Shown piece after piece: positions 1 through 10,400 of a stretch of 64,000 nt of DNA (its first letter is position 1; each line of letters starts with the position of its first letter). The notes below the pieces were generated by a model. That model made no database searches. It was not told the DNA's origin and worked only from the letters and a program-made list of their open reading frames with translations. The stretch comes from an uncultured Methanomassiliicoccales archaeon. GTDB lineage: Archaea; Thermoplasmatota; Thermoplasmata; RBG-16-68-12; JAJISG01. The DNA is taken from the NCBI GenBank assembly GCA_964347345.1, contig CAYFYB010000004.1, positions 4,681 to 68,680 of the forward strand. The letters run 5' to 3'. The position numbers and the translations under genes are program-made.

Positions 1-286
1 CTGCTCCCTCCTTGAGCCCCATCTTCTCCATAGCCCTGGAGATCTGCCTCTCTCCCGCCGCATAGACTAGCACCTCCACCATCAGGTCTGAAGCGACGTT
101 GCTGCCCCTGTGGAAGGCCCTCTCAGCGTGCTCCAACGCCGATAGGATGTGGTCCTCGCCAAACACCATGTCGGCGTCGAAGGCTTGGACCTGGAGGCCT
201 ACCTTCTCGGCCTCGGCCCGAAGGAGCCTGATGAACTCCTCAACGTCGCCCACGACGCCCCTGGCGCCGATCACCATAAATCCCAT
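1..286 (-). CDS. cgi121: KEOPS complex subunit Cgi121 (N-terminal part; C-terminus lies beyond the left window edge)
   Basis: Own translation of the minus strand from ATG at 286: MGFMVIGARGVVGDVEEFIRLLRAEAEKVGLQVQAFDADMVFGEDHILSALEHAERAFHRGSNVASDLMVEVLVYAAGERQISRAMEKMGLKEGA... This is colinear with archaeal Cgi121 (IRG.RG ... ADVV ... H.L.A...A ... E.L.Y.SG.RQI..A....G). It is absent from the ORF track because there is no stop inside the window. It overlaps the ClC 3' end; an alternative ATG is at 277. Confidence 0.7.
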   Translation of the reverse strand, partial: MGFMVIGARGVVGDVEEFIRLLRAEAEKVGLQVQAFDADMVFGEDHILSALEHAERAFHRGSNVASDLMVEVLVYAAGERQISRAMEKMGLKEGA

Positions 287-2096
287 GTCTCTCCTCCAGG
301 GCCTTCCGCTGGTAGGCCCGAACGATGTCTCCGCGGGACAGGATGCCCACTAGCTTGCTAGGGTCTTCCTCCGAGACCACGGGCAAGTGCCCTACCTCGG
401 CCACCGCCATCTTCTCGAGAGCCACCTCAAGGTCCTCCGTCGGGGTGGCAACGACGAGCTTTTGCGTCTCCACCTCTTGGACGGGATGCCTTCGTTTGCC
501 CTCGCTAAGCGCGCGCCGAACGTCTGAGTGGGTGATGATGCCCACCATGTGCCCTTCACCGTTCAGCACCGGAAATCCCTGATGCCCCGTCCGGTGAATC
601 TCTCGGGCTACATCATGGATGAGGGTGTCCTCCTTCACCGTGGCCACCTCCTTCACCATGGCGTCCTCCACGCGGATGGTCCGCAAGACGTTGAGTTCGG
701 CCTCGGGTTCGAAGAGGATTCCCCTTCGTCGGAGGACGCCCGTATATAGGGTGTCCCTCTGGAGCAGCATCGAAACCCCGTCGGCCACGACGCAGGCGAG
801 CATGAGGGGGAGGACAAACTTGTAGTCTCCTGTGAGTTCGAATACGATGACTATGGAGGTCAAGGTCGCCCTGCTGGCACCCGCGAAGAGGGCTCCCATC
901 CCCACGAGGGCGTAGGCCCCGAAGGGGTTCGTGATCTCGGGATAGAGAGCGTTGAATCCCAGGCCGAGGGCACCGCCAACCATGGCGCCAATGAACAGGG
1001 AGGGGGCAAAGGCTCCCCCGCTTCCCCCTGAGCCCAGGGTGAGGCTCGTTCCCACGACTTTGAGTAGGGCCAGAGTGAGGAGCACAGCTATGCCCAGGTG
1101 TACCGCCCCCGTCCCGCCCAAGTCGCCGACTAGCGCCGCCCTGATGGTGGAGTAGCCGACGCCCATGATCTGTGGGAAGAAGATTGCCAGAGGTGCTAGT
1201 AGGCCGAGCCCCAGGGCTGGCTTGACGTACGCTGGTACATGCAGCTGGTCTAGAGCGTCGCCCACCCAAAACCGAACGCGGATCCAGAGGATGGCAGCAA
1301 AGCCACAGACCAATCCCAGGACCACGAAGAAGGTGAGTTCGATGGGGGAGACAAAGGTGTACTCGGCCGGGAGCAAGGGCCCCGTGGTGAGGAACAATCC
1401 TGCGACGGCACTGGCGAAGACGGCCGAGATTACGAGGGGTATGAAGGAGCGCGTTCGGAACTCCAGAAGGACCAGTTCGAGGGAGAAGACCACCCCCGCT
1501 ATGGGTGCATTGAAGGTGGCGGCGATGGCCCCTGCAGCACCGCAGGCGAGCAAGATCCTCCTCGGGGTCTCAGCCAGTCTCAAAGCCTGCGCTATGGAGG
1601 AGCCCGCAGCGGCGCCGATCTGGACGATGGGACCTTCCCTGCCCGCCGATCCACCGCTGCCAATGGTGATGGCAGAGGCGAGGGACTTGAGGGCAACAAC
1701 CCTGGGTCTGATATTGCCCCCCCGGGCGAGGACAGCCTCCATGACCTGAGGCGTGCCGGCCCCCTTCACCTCTGGAGCGAGGTATGTCGTGATCAAGCCC
1801 ACGAGGAGGCCCCCCACCGGGAGAAGGACGAACAGGAGGAGCCTCTCCATAGTAAGGGCGGGATAGAAGTGGCCAGCGTCAAGGTTGAATATGGCCGGGT
1901 TCAGCCACGGCTCTCCGTACGGTACCCCGCCACTGTGGAAGACCGAGAGGAAGATCCATATGAGGTAACGGAAGCCCAGGGCGATGAGGCCGGCGATGAC
2001 CCCCACCAGGGCTGCGAGACTGCTTAGGATGAGGTACTCACCCACCAATTCCCGTTTAATGTTCAGGTGAAATCTCCTGGGCGGGGCCTCTTGCAT
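240..2096 (-). CDS. ClC-family voltage-gated chloride channel with C-terminal CBS pair
   Basis: 618-aa ORF. ClC selectivity motifs 'GSGGSAGREGP' and 'GSGGSGGAFAPSL', about 10 hydrophobic helices, and a C-terminal tandem CBS-like region (VEDAMVKEVATV... GIITHSDV...; VVATPTEDL... GILSRGDIV). Confidence 0.9.
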   Translation of the reverse strand: MQEAPPRRFHLNIKRELVGEYLILSSLAALVGVIAGLIALGFRYLIWIFLSVFHSGGVPYGEPWLNPAIFNLDAGHFYPALTMERLLLFVLLPVGGLLVGLITTYLAPEVKGAGTPQVMEAVLARGGNIRPRVVALKSLASAITIGSGGSAGREGPIVQIGAAAGSSIAQALRLAETPRRILLACGAAGAIAATFNAPIAGVVFSLELVLLEFRTRSFIPLVISAVFASAVAGLFLTTGPLLPAEYTFVSPIELTFFVVLGLVCGFAAILWIRVRFWVGDALDQLHVPAYVKPALGLGLLAPLAIFFPQIMGVGYSTIRAALVGDLGGTGAVHLGIAVLLTLALLKVVGTSLTLGSGGSGGAFAPSLFIGAMVGGALGLGFNALYPEITNPFGAYALVGMGALFAGASRATLTSIVIVFELTGDYKFVLPLMLACVVADGVSMLLQRDTLYTGVLRRRGILFEPEAELNVLRTIRVEDAMVKEVATVKEDTLIHDVAREIHRTGHQGFPVLNGEGHMVGIITHSDVRRALSEGKRRHPVQEVETQKLVVATPTEDLEVALEKMAVAEVGHLPVVSEEDPSKLVGILSRGDIVRAYQRKALEERHGIYGDRRQGRRGRR

Positions 2097-2137
2097 GAAG
2101 ACCTTCTCTATGGGGCAAGCGGCGTCCCACCAAAAAC

Positions 2138-4294
2138 CTAACCGAAGTCGTAGAGGCCATACTGACCTCCGCGAGTCTCCTCCTCAAGCTCCTCCTCCTT
2201 CCTGCCCAGTTGCTCCAGTATGCTCTTGGCCACAGCGGGGCCGATGGTGGGTATGCCGGCAAGCAGCCTGACGTCGACGTTTCGCAGGTCGCTTTTAGTC
2301 TTGAGTCCCCTCTCGAAGAGGGCCCTGGACCGGACGCGACCGATTCCCCTGAGGCTGACAAGATCCAGAAGCTCCTCCTTGACGCCATACCTGATCCTCG
2401 GCATCAGCCTCGCCAGGGGCTTCAGCCGGTGTCTGTTGAAGAGGCGGGCCAGCTCGTGCATGGCATAGAGCAGCCACTCTGCCATATCAACCATACGGCG
2501 GATGTCTCCTGGCCCGATTCGGAACCTCTTGGTGATCTTCTCCTCCGTCTCCTCCCCCATCCAGTCCTCCAGCATCGTCGCGGTCTTCACTTCCGCCAGG
2601 AGGAAGTCGTAGTCCTCCGTTTCAGACAGCAGCTCCTCCTCCGTGGCCTTCTCCTCCACCCACTCGTAGTCCTTCCGGCCGAGGTATAGGGTGGGCATGT
2701 CGGGGGTGGCACAGATAGCATGGAGGTAGGAGAACGGTGTTCCTCGGTGAGGTGACTTGAGGGCGTCTCTCAGAATGACGCTGGACAAGGGGTCCACATA
2801 CAGATCCGAGGTCCTCTTGCCGAAGAGTGTGGCCCTGAGGACCTCCTCCCTAATGATGAGCTCCTCCTTCTCTAGGAACTCGAGGACAGCCTCTATGCTC
2901 CCGCCGATGTAGGCCACATCCCCCTGGTGGGCGTAGAAGGTTCGCTCCATGAAGCTGTAGAGTTCCTTCTCCGTCTGGACGTGACCCGTGGCGATGGCAG
3001 CCAGCAGGTGCATCCTGAGGGCAGGCTCGCTCCCAAGCTTCGACTCGATGCTCTCGGGGCCCGAGAGGACGTAGTTCTCCAGCAGCTCCTCCACGTCCTC
3101 CTCGTAGCGGGCCAGGAGGACCGCTTCACCATACTCATCATACTGGGGTCTACCAGCCCTCCCGCACATTTGCTTGACCTCAAGGATCGGGATGTAGCCG
3201 AAGCCTACGTTGGGGTCATACCGGCGGACATCTCTGACAACGACACGCCTTGCAGGGAGGTTTATGCCGGCGGCCAGGGTCGGTGTTGCCGTAATGCACT
3301 TCAGCGCTCCGCCTCTGAAGAGGTCCTCTACCACCTTCCTCTGAGCGTTGGTTAGACCGGCGTTGTGGAAGGCAGTGCCAGCCTTGATGCAGCGGGCCAA
3401 CCGGCTGGCAATGGACGTGGGCTCCTCCTGTCTCCCAATCATGGCATCCGCCTTCCCCGAGAGGACGCCAACGTCCTCGTCCGTCAGGTAGGGTTTTACC
3501 GCTGGTATCAGCTTCCTTGCCAGGGTCTCCGTCGACTTCCTGGTGTTGACGAAGACGAGACACTGCCCCCCTTCCCGGAGGGTGTCCCTTACGAGGGCTG
3601 ACATCTCCTCAGATTCCTGAGGCACGAGCCTGTGGCTCATGTCCCAGAAGGTGATGGCACCACCGAAGTAGACCCCCTCTTTCAGAGGCACTGGCCTCCA
3701 GTCGCTCACGACGTGATGGGCATCAAGCCAGTCAGCCAGCTCCCCGGAGTTGGCAATTGTGGCGGAGAGAGCAATGATCTGCGCCCTGGGGTTCACCTGA
3801 CGCAGCTTGGCCAGGGTGACCTCGAGGGTCGGTCCCCGGTCCGGATCGTTTATCAAGTGGACCTCGTCGGCCACCACGACGGATAGTTGCTTCAGCCAGT
3901 GAGAGCGGTGTCTGAGGAGGGAGTCGGCCTTCTCAGACGTGGCGATGATGATGTCAAAACTCCTGAGGGTGGGCTCCGCGGAGTCGTAGTCTCCCATAGA
4001 TAGGGCCACGCGTATGCCGAGCTGCTCAAACTCCTTCAGGTCCTCGTACTTCTCAACAGCTAGGGACCTCAGGGGGACGATGTACAGGGCCTTGCCGCCA
4101 TTCATGACGGACTTGAGGATGGCCAGATAGGCAACCAGGCTCTTCCCACTGGCGGTGGGGATGGCCAGCACGAGGTTCTTCCCTGAGAGGGCTGGGCCTA
4201 TGGACTCGGCCTGGGGAGGGTAGAGCTCTGTAATGCCCTTGGCCTGCAGAATGTCAGCGATGCCCTGGTCAATTTCCAGGTCCCGGAGGAGCAT
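2138..4294 (-). CDS. hel308: Ski2-like ATP-dependent DNA helicase Hel308
   Basis: 718-aa ORF. Walker A 'IPTASGKS', DEAH-type 'ADEVHLIND', motif VI 'QMCGRAGRPQYD', and a C-terminal HhH-like tail 'LVSLRGIGRVRSRAL'. Length and order are typical of archaeal Hel308. Confidence 0.9.
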   Translation of the reverse strand: MLLRDLEIDQGIADILQAKGITELYPPQAESIGPALSGKNLVLAIPTASGKSLVAYLAILKSVMNGGKALYIVPLRSLAVEKYEDLKEFEQLGIRVALSMGDYDSAEPTLRSFDIIIATSEKADSLLRHRSHWLKQLSVVVADEVHLINDPDRGPTLEVTLAKLRQVNPRAQIIALSATIANSGELADWLDAHHVVSDWRPVPLKEGVYFGGAITFWDMSHRLVPQESEEMSALVRDTLREGGQCLVFVNTRKSTETLARKLIPAVKPYLTDEDVGVLSGKADAMIGRQEEPTSIASRLARCIKAGTAFHNAGLTNAQRKVVEDLFRGGALKCITATPTLAAGINLPARRVVVRDVRRYDPNVGFGYIPILEVKQMCGRAGRPQYDEYGEAVLLARYEEDVEELLENYVLSGPESIESKLGSEPALRMHLLAAIATGHVQTEKELYSFMERTFYAHQGDVAYIGGSIEAVLEFLEKEELIIREEVLRATLFGKRTSDLYVDPLSSVILRDALKSPHRGTPFSYLHAICATPDMPTLYLGRKDYEWVEEKATEEELLSETEDYDFLLAEVKTATMLEDWMGEETEEKITKRFRIGPGDIRRMVDMAEWLLYAMHELARLFNRHRLKPLARLMPRIRYGVKEELLDLVSLRGIGRVRSRALFERGLKTKSDLRNVDVRLLAGIPTIGPAVAKSILEQLGRKEEELEEETRGGQYGLYDFG

Positions 4295-4458
4295 CCAGGC
4301 TCAGTATCCCGCGTGTGCCCATAAGCTTTCCTTACTGTGGCCCTCTGAAGGCTTACACTTACTCCAGATTGTAGACAGGACCGGAAATTGTTTATGGGAT
4401 TGGCCCTTTCCAAGGCGCGGCCAGGGGCAAGCCCTAGCCCTTGTGAAGGAGGAGTTAC

Positions 4459-7400
4459 TTGTCTTCAGAGCAAGATTCACGAGCTAGGAGGCCCTTTTTC
4501 CAGGACCCCAAGAAGCTTTTGGCAATCGTCGTTGCAGCGGTGGTCGTCATAGCTGGGGTCCTAGCGGGTTTCTACTATCTCCCAGAGGACTGGGACGGTG
4601 ACGGAATCCCAAACGCTTGGGAAGAGAGATACGGGTTGAACCCCCGCGATCCTTCTGACGCGGCTCTGGATGCTGACAGTGATGGATACGACTCAGACAG
4701 AGACGGGACTGTGGATAGAGAAGAGAGTTTCACGAACAAGGAGGAGTACCTGAACGGGACGGATCCCAGGAACAAGGACACTGATGGAGACGGGATTCAC
4801 GACGGTTGGGAGGTCTGGTTCGAGTTTGATCCTCTGGATGATACAGACGGAGCAAGCGACCCGGATGAAGACATGTTGATGAACGTAGGCGAGTTCAATT
4901 TCGGAACCCCGCCCAGAACCGCCGATGTTGACATGGATTTCCTTTTGGACTCGGGGGAGGTTGGGTTTGGGACAGACCCCTATAGCCCTGACAGCGACGG
5001 TGATGGGTTGCTGGATTCTGTGGAGCTCTTCGACTACTTCGCTTATGACAGCATCAAAGTGAAGGAAGAGCTCCGTATGTGGATGGAACCCATCAAAAGG
5101 ATTCTGCGGATTGAGCAGGATGGACACTACAGGCTGAAGATTCCGTTTAACGGGGTTCTATTCAATCCTCGAGTCCTGGTGGTGAATGACGATAAGTTCC
5201 CAGGCGACGAGGAGTTTGGCGCTGACATATTCGCGAGCAGGCTAGCCGCCGTTGGCCTCAGGCCGGAGATGGCGGATTCCACCCGGCTTTGGGACATTGA
5301 CCTGCAAGACTACGACTTCGTTGTCTGGAGTTCAGGCGATGATCCAAATCCTGTACCTGATCCCCTGCAGAGACAGCTGCTCATCGATTTCGTCCTTACT
5401 GGAGGGAGACTTCTCATTGAAGGAGGCCATTTCTCAGCCTTTGCATGGACGGACCCTGCCTTCGGCGATTTCGTCCTACATGCTATCGGTTTGGAGGATG
5501 GTGGATCGAGCAGCCTCATCCAAATCCTCGATCACCCTGTGTCCGCGGGATTTGCCCCAAACGAGAGCGTCCCCCTAGTCAGCTATTTGGGGCCTGACGC
5601 TGATGCGTTCTTCAACATTACAGATCCCTTAACGGGCATCGATTCCAAGGCGGTTTTCCGGTGGCAGGGCTTCAGCGATTACGGTCTCAACACCTACGAT
5701 GATGACTTGGACGCTACAAACGGGGGGCAGATCATATACATGTCCTTCGACATCACCGAGATACAGGACTCCACTCAACTCTACAGACTCGTCGACAACA
5801 GCATCAGCTGGCTGAATCCGTTTCCATCGGATACGATCGTCAACATGACGAGGCTGATGGAAGCTCTCGATATTGTCGTAAGAAAGAAGGGCGTGGAGGT
5901 TCCACACACTTACGATAGCACCATCATCTCCAATGCGACTCGCTACCTCTCTGCTGGGTACAGCGAAATATACTCCTTCTGGCTGAGGAGCTACGACCTG
6001 GAGACTGGAATCTACTCGGTGAGCATCGACCTGAACGAGTCGTCGATTCTGGAGGAGGTCCCTGAGGATTTCAACTTCACCGTTTTCCTGAGCTACATCC
6101 TTGCGGAAAAGCTTCAGCTTGATCCCCTTGTAGCGGATGTCGACGGAGACGGTATCCCGGACGGCGACGAAGTGGCCATCGGTACCTATCCGTTGAACGA
6201 TGACAGCGATCACGATGAGCTCACGGATTCCGACGAGTGGTACCGCTTTGGGACTAGTCCGCTGAACTCCGATTCAGACGGGGACATGCTCCCCGATGGA
6301 CTTGAGCTTGGTATCGTTTCGGATGCAGACCGCGCGAGCGTGACCGATCCTCTGGATTTTGACACCGACGACGACGGGCTTTACGACGGCTGGTTTGATG
6401 AAAACGGTGATGAAATCTTCTCTCCCAGCGAAATGGGTGAAGATGTGGACCAGGATGGCCGGAAGGACCTGCAGGAGACCGACCCGTTGATGTGGAGTAC
6501 TGACAGAGACAACCTGCCCGACGGTTGGGAAGTCCGTATGCATCTGAACCCACTTTCAGCAACTGGGGCCGACGGAGACATGGGAAATCCCGATGTAGAC
6601 CTCACTCGGTATGGCAGCAGCTTCACCAACGTTATGGAGTTCAACCTAGGCACGAACCCAAAGCCCTACGACTGGGATGGAGACGGCGCGATAGTGGGTG
6701 GCTTCGAGTCTGGGAAGGATTATGATGGGGACGGATTGCAGGATGGTCAGGAGGCCTTCGTTCTCCTTAGGACCAGTGTGAGGGATGGCGCGGAGAGCAT
6801 TGAGAACTACGCGGCTGCAGAAGACTGGATATATTTCGACCAAAACGTGACGGATGGTCTTCCCGGGGCAGCCTATCTCTTTGATTCCGTTGAGAGAGAT
6901 GTGGAGAGCACCTCCCCGGCAAACGCGAGGAGCCCCGGTGTCGAGGGAGCGTTCAGACTGGTGGACGGCACGAGGATCTTCTACGACCGAGACTTGGATC
7001 GGATCTACGTTTGGGAACCCTTCTCGGACTTTCTCGATAGGGACGCGACTGGGATTCTGGAGGGAACTTTCTATGTATTTGTCTCCTCCAGCGCACCGGT
7101 TGTCTCTTCAGACCTTCCTGCAGTAGGGTTTCAAGGCAAGGAGATATACTGGGGAATCAGCCCCTTCATCCCCGACAGCGACTTTGATGGGCTCCTTGAT
7201 GGAAAGGAGGCTCTGTACGATCAGGATACCGACTGGGATGGGCGTCTGAATGCCCTTGATCTGGATTCCGACAACGACGGCATCACCGATTTCGTGGAAC
7301 AGACGGTTTACCCCAACACGGACATGGACAATGATGGACTGGAAAACATGGTCGACTTGGATTCCGACGGAGACGGCATCCCGGACGACAAGGAGCAGCG

Positions 7401-10400
7401 GCCCTTTGTCGATACGGACACCGACTCCATCATAAATCTGCTCGACAAGGATTCTGATGACGATGGCCTCGCGGATGGTGAGGAGGATGTGGATGCCGAT
7501 GGCTTCACAGATGCCAACGAGCCCAGCCCCCTCATTGTGGATACGGACGCTGACGGCCTTACGGACCATGAGGAAGTTGTTCCCGGAGTCGACGGATACA
7601 TAACGGATCCCGCCGACGAGGATACCGATGATGATGGTCTGCTTGATGGCGTAGAAGTCGCTGGATGGAATATCACAGTGAACGGCTTCATCGTTCATGT
7701 GTCCGCAGATCCCACCCTCAGGAACCGCGATGGGGATCTCCTGACTGACGACCTCGAATACCTGTTTACGGATCCTATGTCGGGCGACACAGATGTCGAC
7801 TTCCTCCTGGATGGACAAGAGGACGCCAACCTGAACGGCAGGTGGGATCCGGGCGAAACTAACCCGACAGACAGTGATACGGATGACGACTTGTTGCTGG
7901 ATGGCATAGAAGTAGGGTTGAGGACAAGCCCTCTGGATGCCGATTCTGATGACGATATGCTTATTGACGGCATAGAGGACACCGACAAAGACGGGTTTAC
8001 AGATATCGGGGAAACAGACCCCGCCAGCCCGGATTCTGACGGCGATGGGCTCTTGGATGGCATCGAGGACAGGAACCGCAACGGAGCCTACGATACTTCC
8101 GCCACCTCCAGGGAGACAGACCCGCTGAACCCCGATTCTGACGGCGACGGACTCCCGGATGGTACTGAGAGAGCCTGGGATGGGGACACCGATGGAGACG
8201 GGTGGATCAACGCACGAGATCAGAATTCTGATGGCGATGCCCTTCTGTACGATGGATGGGTGGACCTCGACGGCGACGCCCTCTACGATCCGGGCGAAGG
8301 CGAGGACTTCAACCGAAATGGGGCTGTAGATCCCGACATTTCAGGCGACCCTCGCTATGATCCTCTCAATCCCGTGACTGAGACGGATCCCCTCGACAAC
8401 GACCAAGACGATGATGGGCTGATAACAGGCATTGACCCCGACGATACCAATCCAGACGTGGACGGAGACGGCCTCTTAGATGGGACGGAAGATGCGAATC
8501 ATAACGGAGTGTGGGATGGTCTCGGATCGGGCGAGACCGACCTGTGGGATCCCGACACCGACGGCGATGGGCTTTCGGACTTTGATGAAGTGATGCTCCA
8601 CGGCACGAATCCATTGGACACTGACAGCGACTCGGACAATCTGGTCGACTACGAGGAGGTGAACATTGGGGCCGATGGATACATAACCGACCCCTTGGAC
8701 ACCGACAGCGACGATGATGGTTTGAACGACGCCGAGGAGGCGGCGTATTTCACGAATCCCAATGACCCTGATACCGAAGGCGATGGGATTCCTGATGAGT
8801 TTGAAGCCCGCTGGGCATCGTTCACGGGCTTGGACCCGCTAAACGGAACCGACTCCACCGCTGACTTTGACAGTGATGGCCTGACGAATCTGGAGGAGTA
8901 CGAGTTGGGTGAATTCTATGCCCTGCACGACTTCGATGGCGACACCATCTGGAACATACAGGATAATGATGACGATGGAGACGGGATGCCAACGGCTTGG
9001 GAACTGGAGTTCAACCTGACCGCCTACGACGCGGGTGATCAGTGGCAGGACAAGGACGGTGATAGCCGCGCGAACTGGTGGGAATACATCGATGGTACGA
9101 ACCCCACACTACAGGATACAGACGGTGATTATCTGGCAGACGATGAGTGGTTCTTTGCAGGCACCGATCCCCTCGACAAGGACAGCGACGACGATGGCCT
9201 CCTCGACGGGGTCGAGTACAATGGCTGGATTGTTTTCATCATACGCCGGGTGGACGACATTCGGGAGTTCTCGGTTACATCAGATCCGACCAGAATCAAT
9301 TCGGATGGCGACCTCCTGACGGACTACGACGAATTTGTCCTGGGCACAAATCCCCGCCACCGCGACACCGACGGGGACGGGCTCTTTGATCATCTGGACC
9401 CCGCTCCTCTCATCGTAGAGTTCAATTCGCCTAGCATAACCGACTTCACCATATCGGTGGACGTGCACATCTCCCTCGAGCCAATCTACGAGAGGGTGAA
9501 GAAGACTGTAACCGAGACCGTATGGAATGTCCTGACCTTTCAGTGGGACGAGGTGGTAAAGACGACCTACGAATGGGTGGTCACGGGATACAGGGAGGTC
9601 CTGGACTGGGTCAAGGTGCGAGGGACCTTCAAGGTCGAGGATGACGAAACCACGCTTGATACTGTCCGAATAGACATCAACGGAAACGTGAAGGTTCATC
9701 AAGCTTACGCCAACGTTGGCTGGTTCTCACATGAGGTCGATATTGGGAACGCCATCTGGCACGGCTTCGATGCGAAGGTGAGGGCGTGGGATAGCAATGA
9801 CAACAGTGCGGAGTTCAGGGCAGACATTCCAGGCGTGGCCGATGCTCTCGACGCGATATACGATTTTGCTACTCAGGCCCTCGAACTCCTTTTGGACCTC
9901 GGAGAGCAGGCTCTCGACCTACTCAGGGATGGCGCCCTTTGGGTGATCGAGCAGATCCTTCGGCCAGCCTTCGAAGCTCTCCTCTCTTACATACAGACCT
10001 TCGCTGGCGTGCAGTCCCGCTTCCTCGCCCCGTACCTCGATGTGAACGGTGCACTCAGAGATGTATCCGGCCTTCTGAACGAGTCCGTCAACGAACTGGA
10101 GATCCCTGGTCCCGTCGAGCTTCTGCACGCCGCTTTCAAGGTTGCAGCCGATCTCGTCGCAAACGGACTTGTAACGGCCAAAGAAGTGTTGAGCCTTGCA
10201 TACGATATCCTGCGTCCAGGGATTCAGCAACTCCCGATCCCGCAGAGTGTGAAGGACATGAGCGATCAGACCGTTGAGTGGCTTCTGGATCTGGCCGCCG
10301 AGATTGCGGTCCTTGTCGATAACATGAATGTTGCGACCTTGCAGGCTCTATTCAACTCGTTCATAGATGAAATCGAGACTTTGACGGGCATTCAATTCGC

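Noticed and set aside
99-582. Plus-strand ORFs 99..353, 149..361, 325..582
   Set aside because: They are antisense to cgi121 and to the CBS region of the ClC gene, and their translations are low-complexity.
6121-9409. Repetitive DNA considered as a CRISPR or tandem-repeat locus
   Set aside because: The repeats are degenerate and in frame, and they encode the DxDxDG calcium-binding units of one long ORF. There is no regular repeat-spacer periodicity. I saw no CRISPR array or cas gene anywhere in the window.
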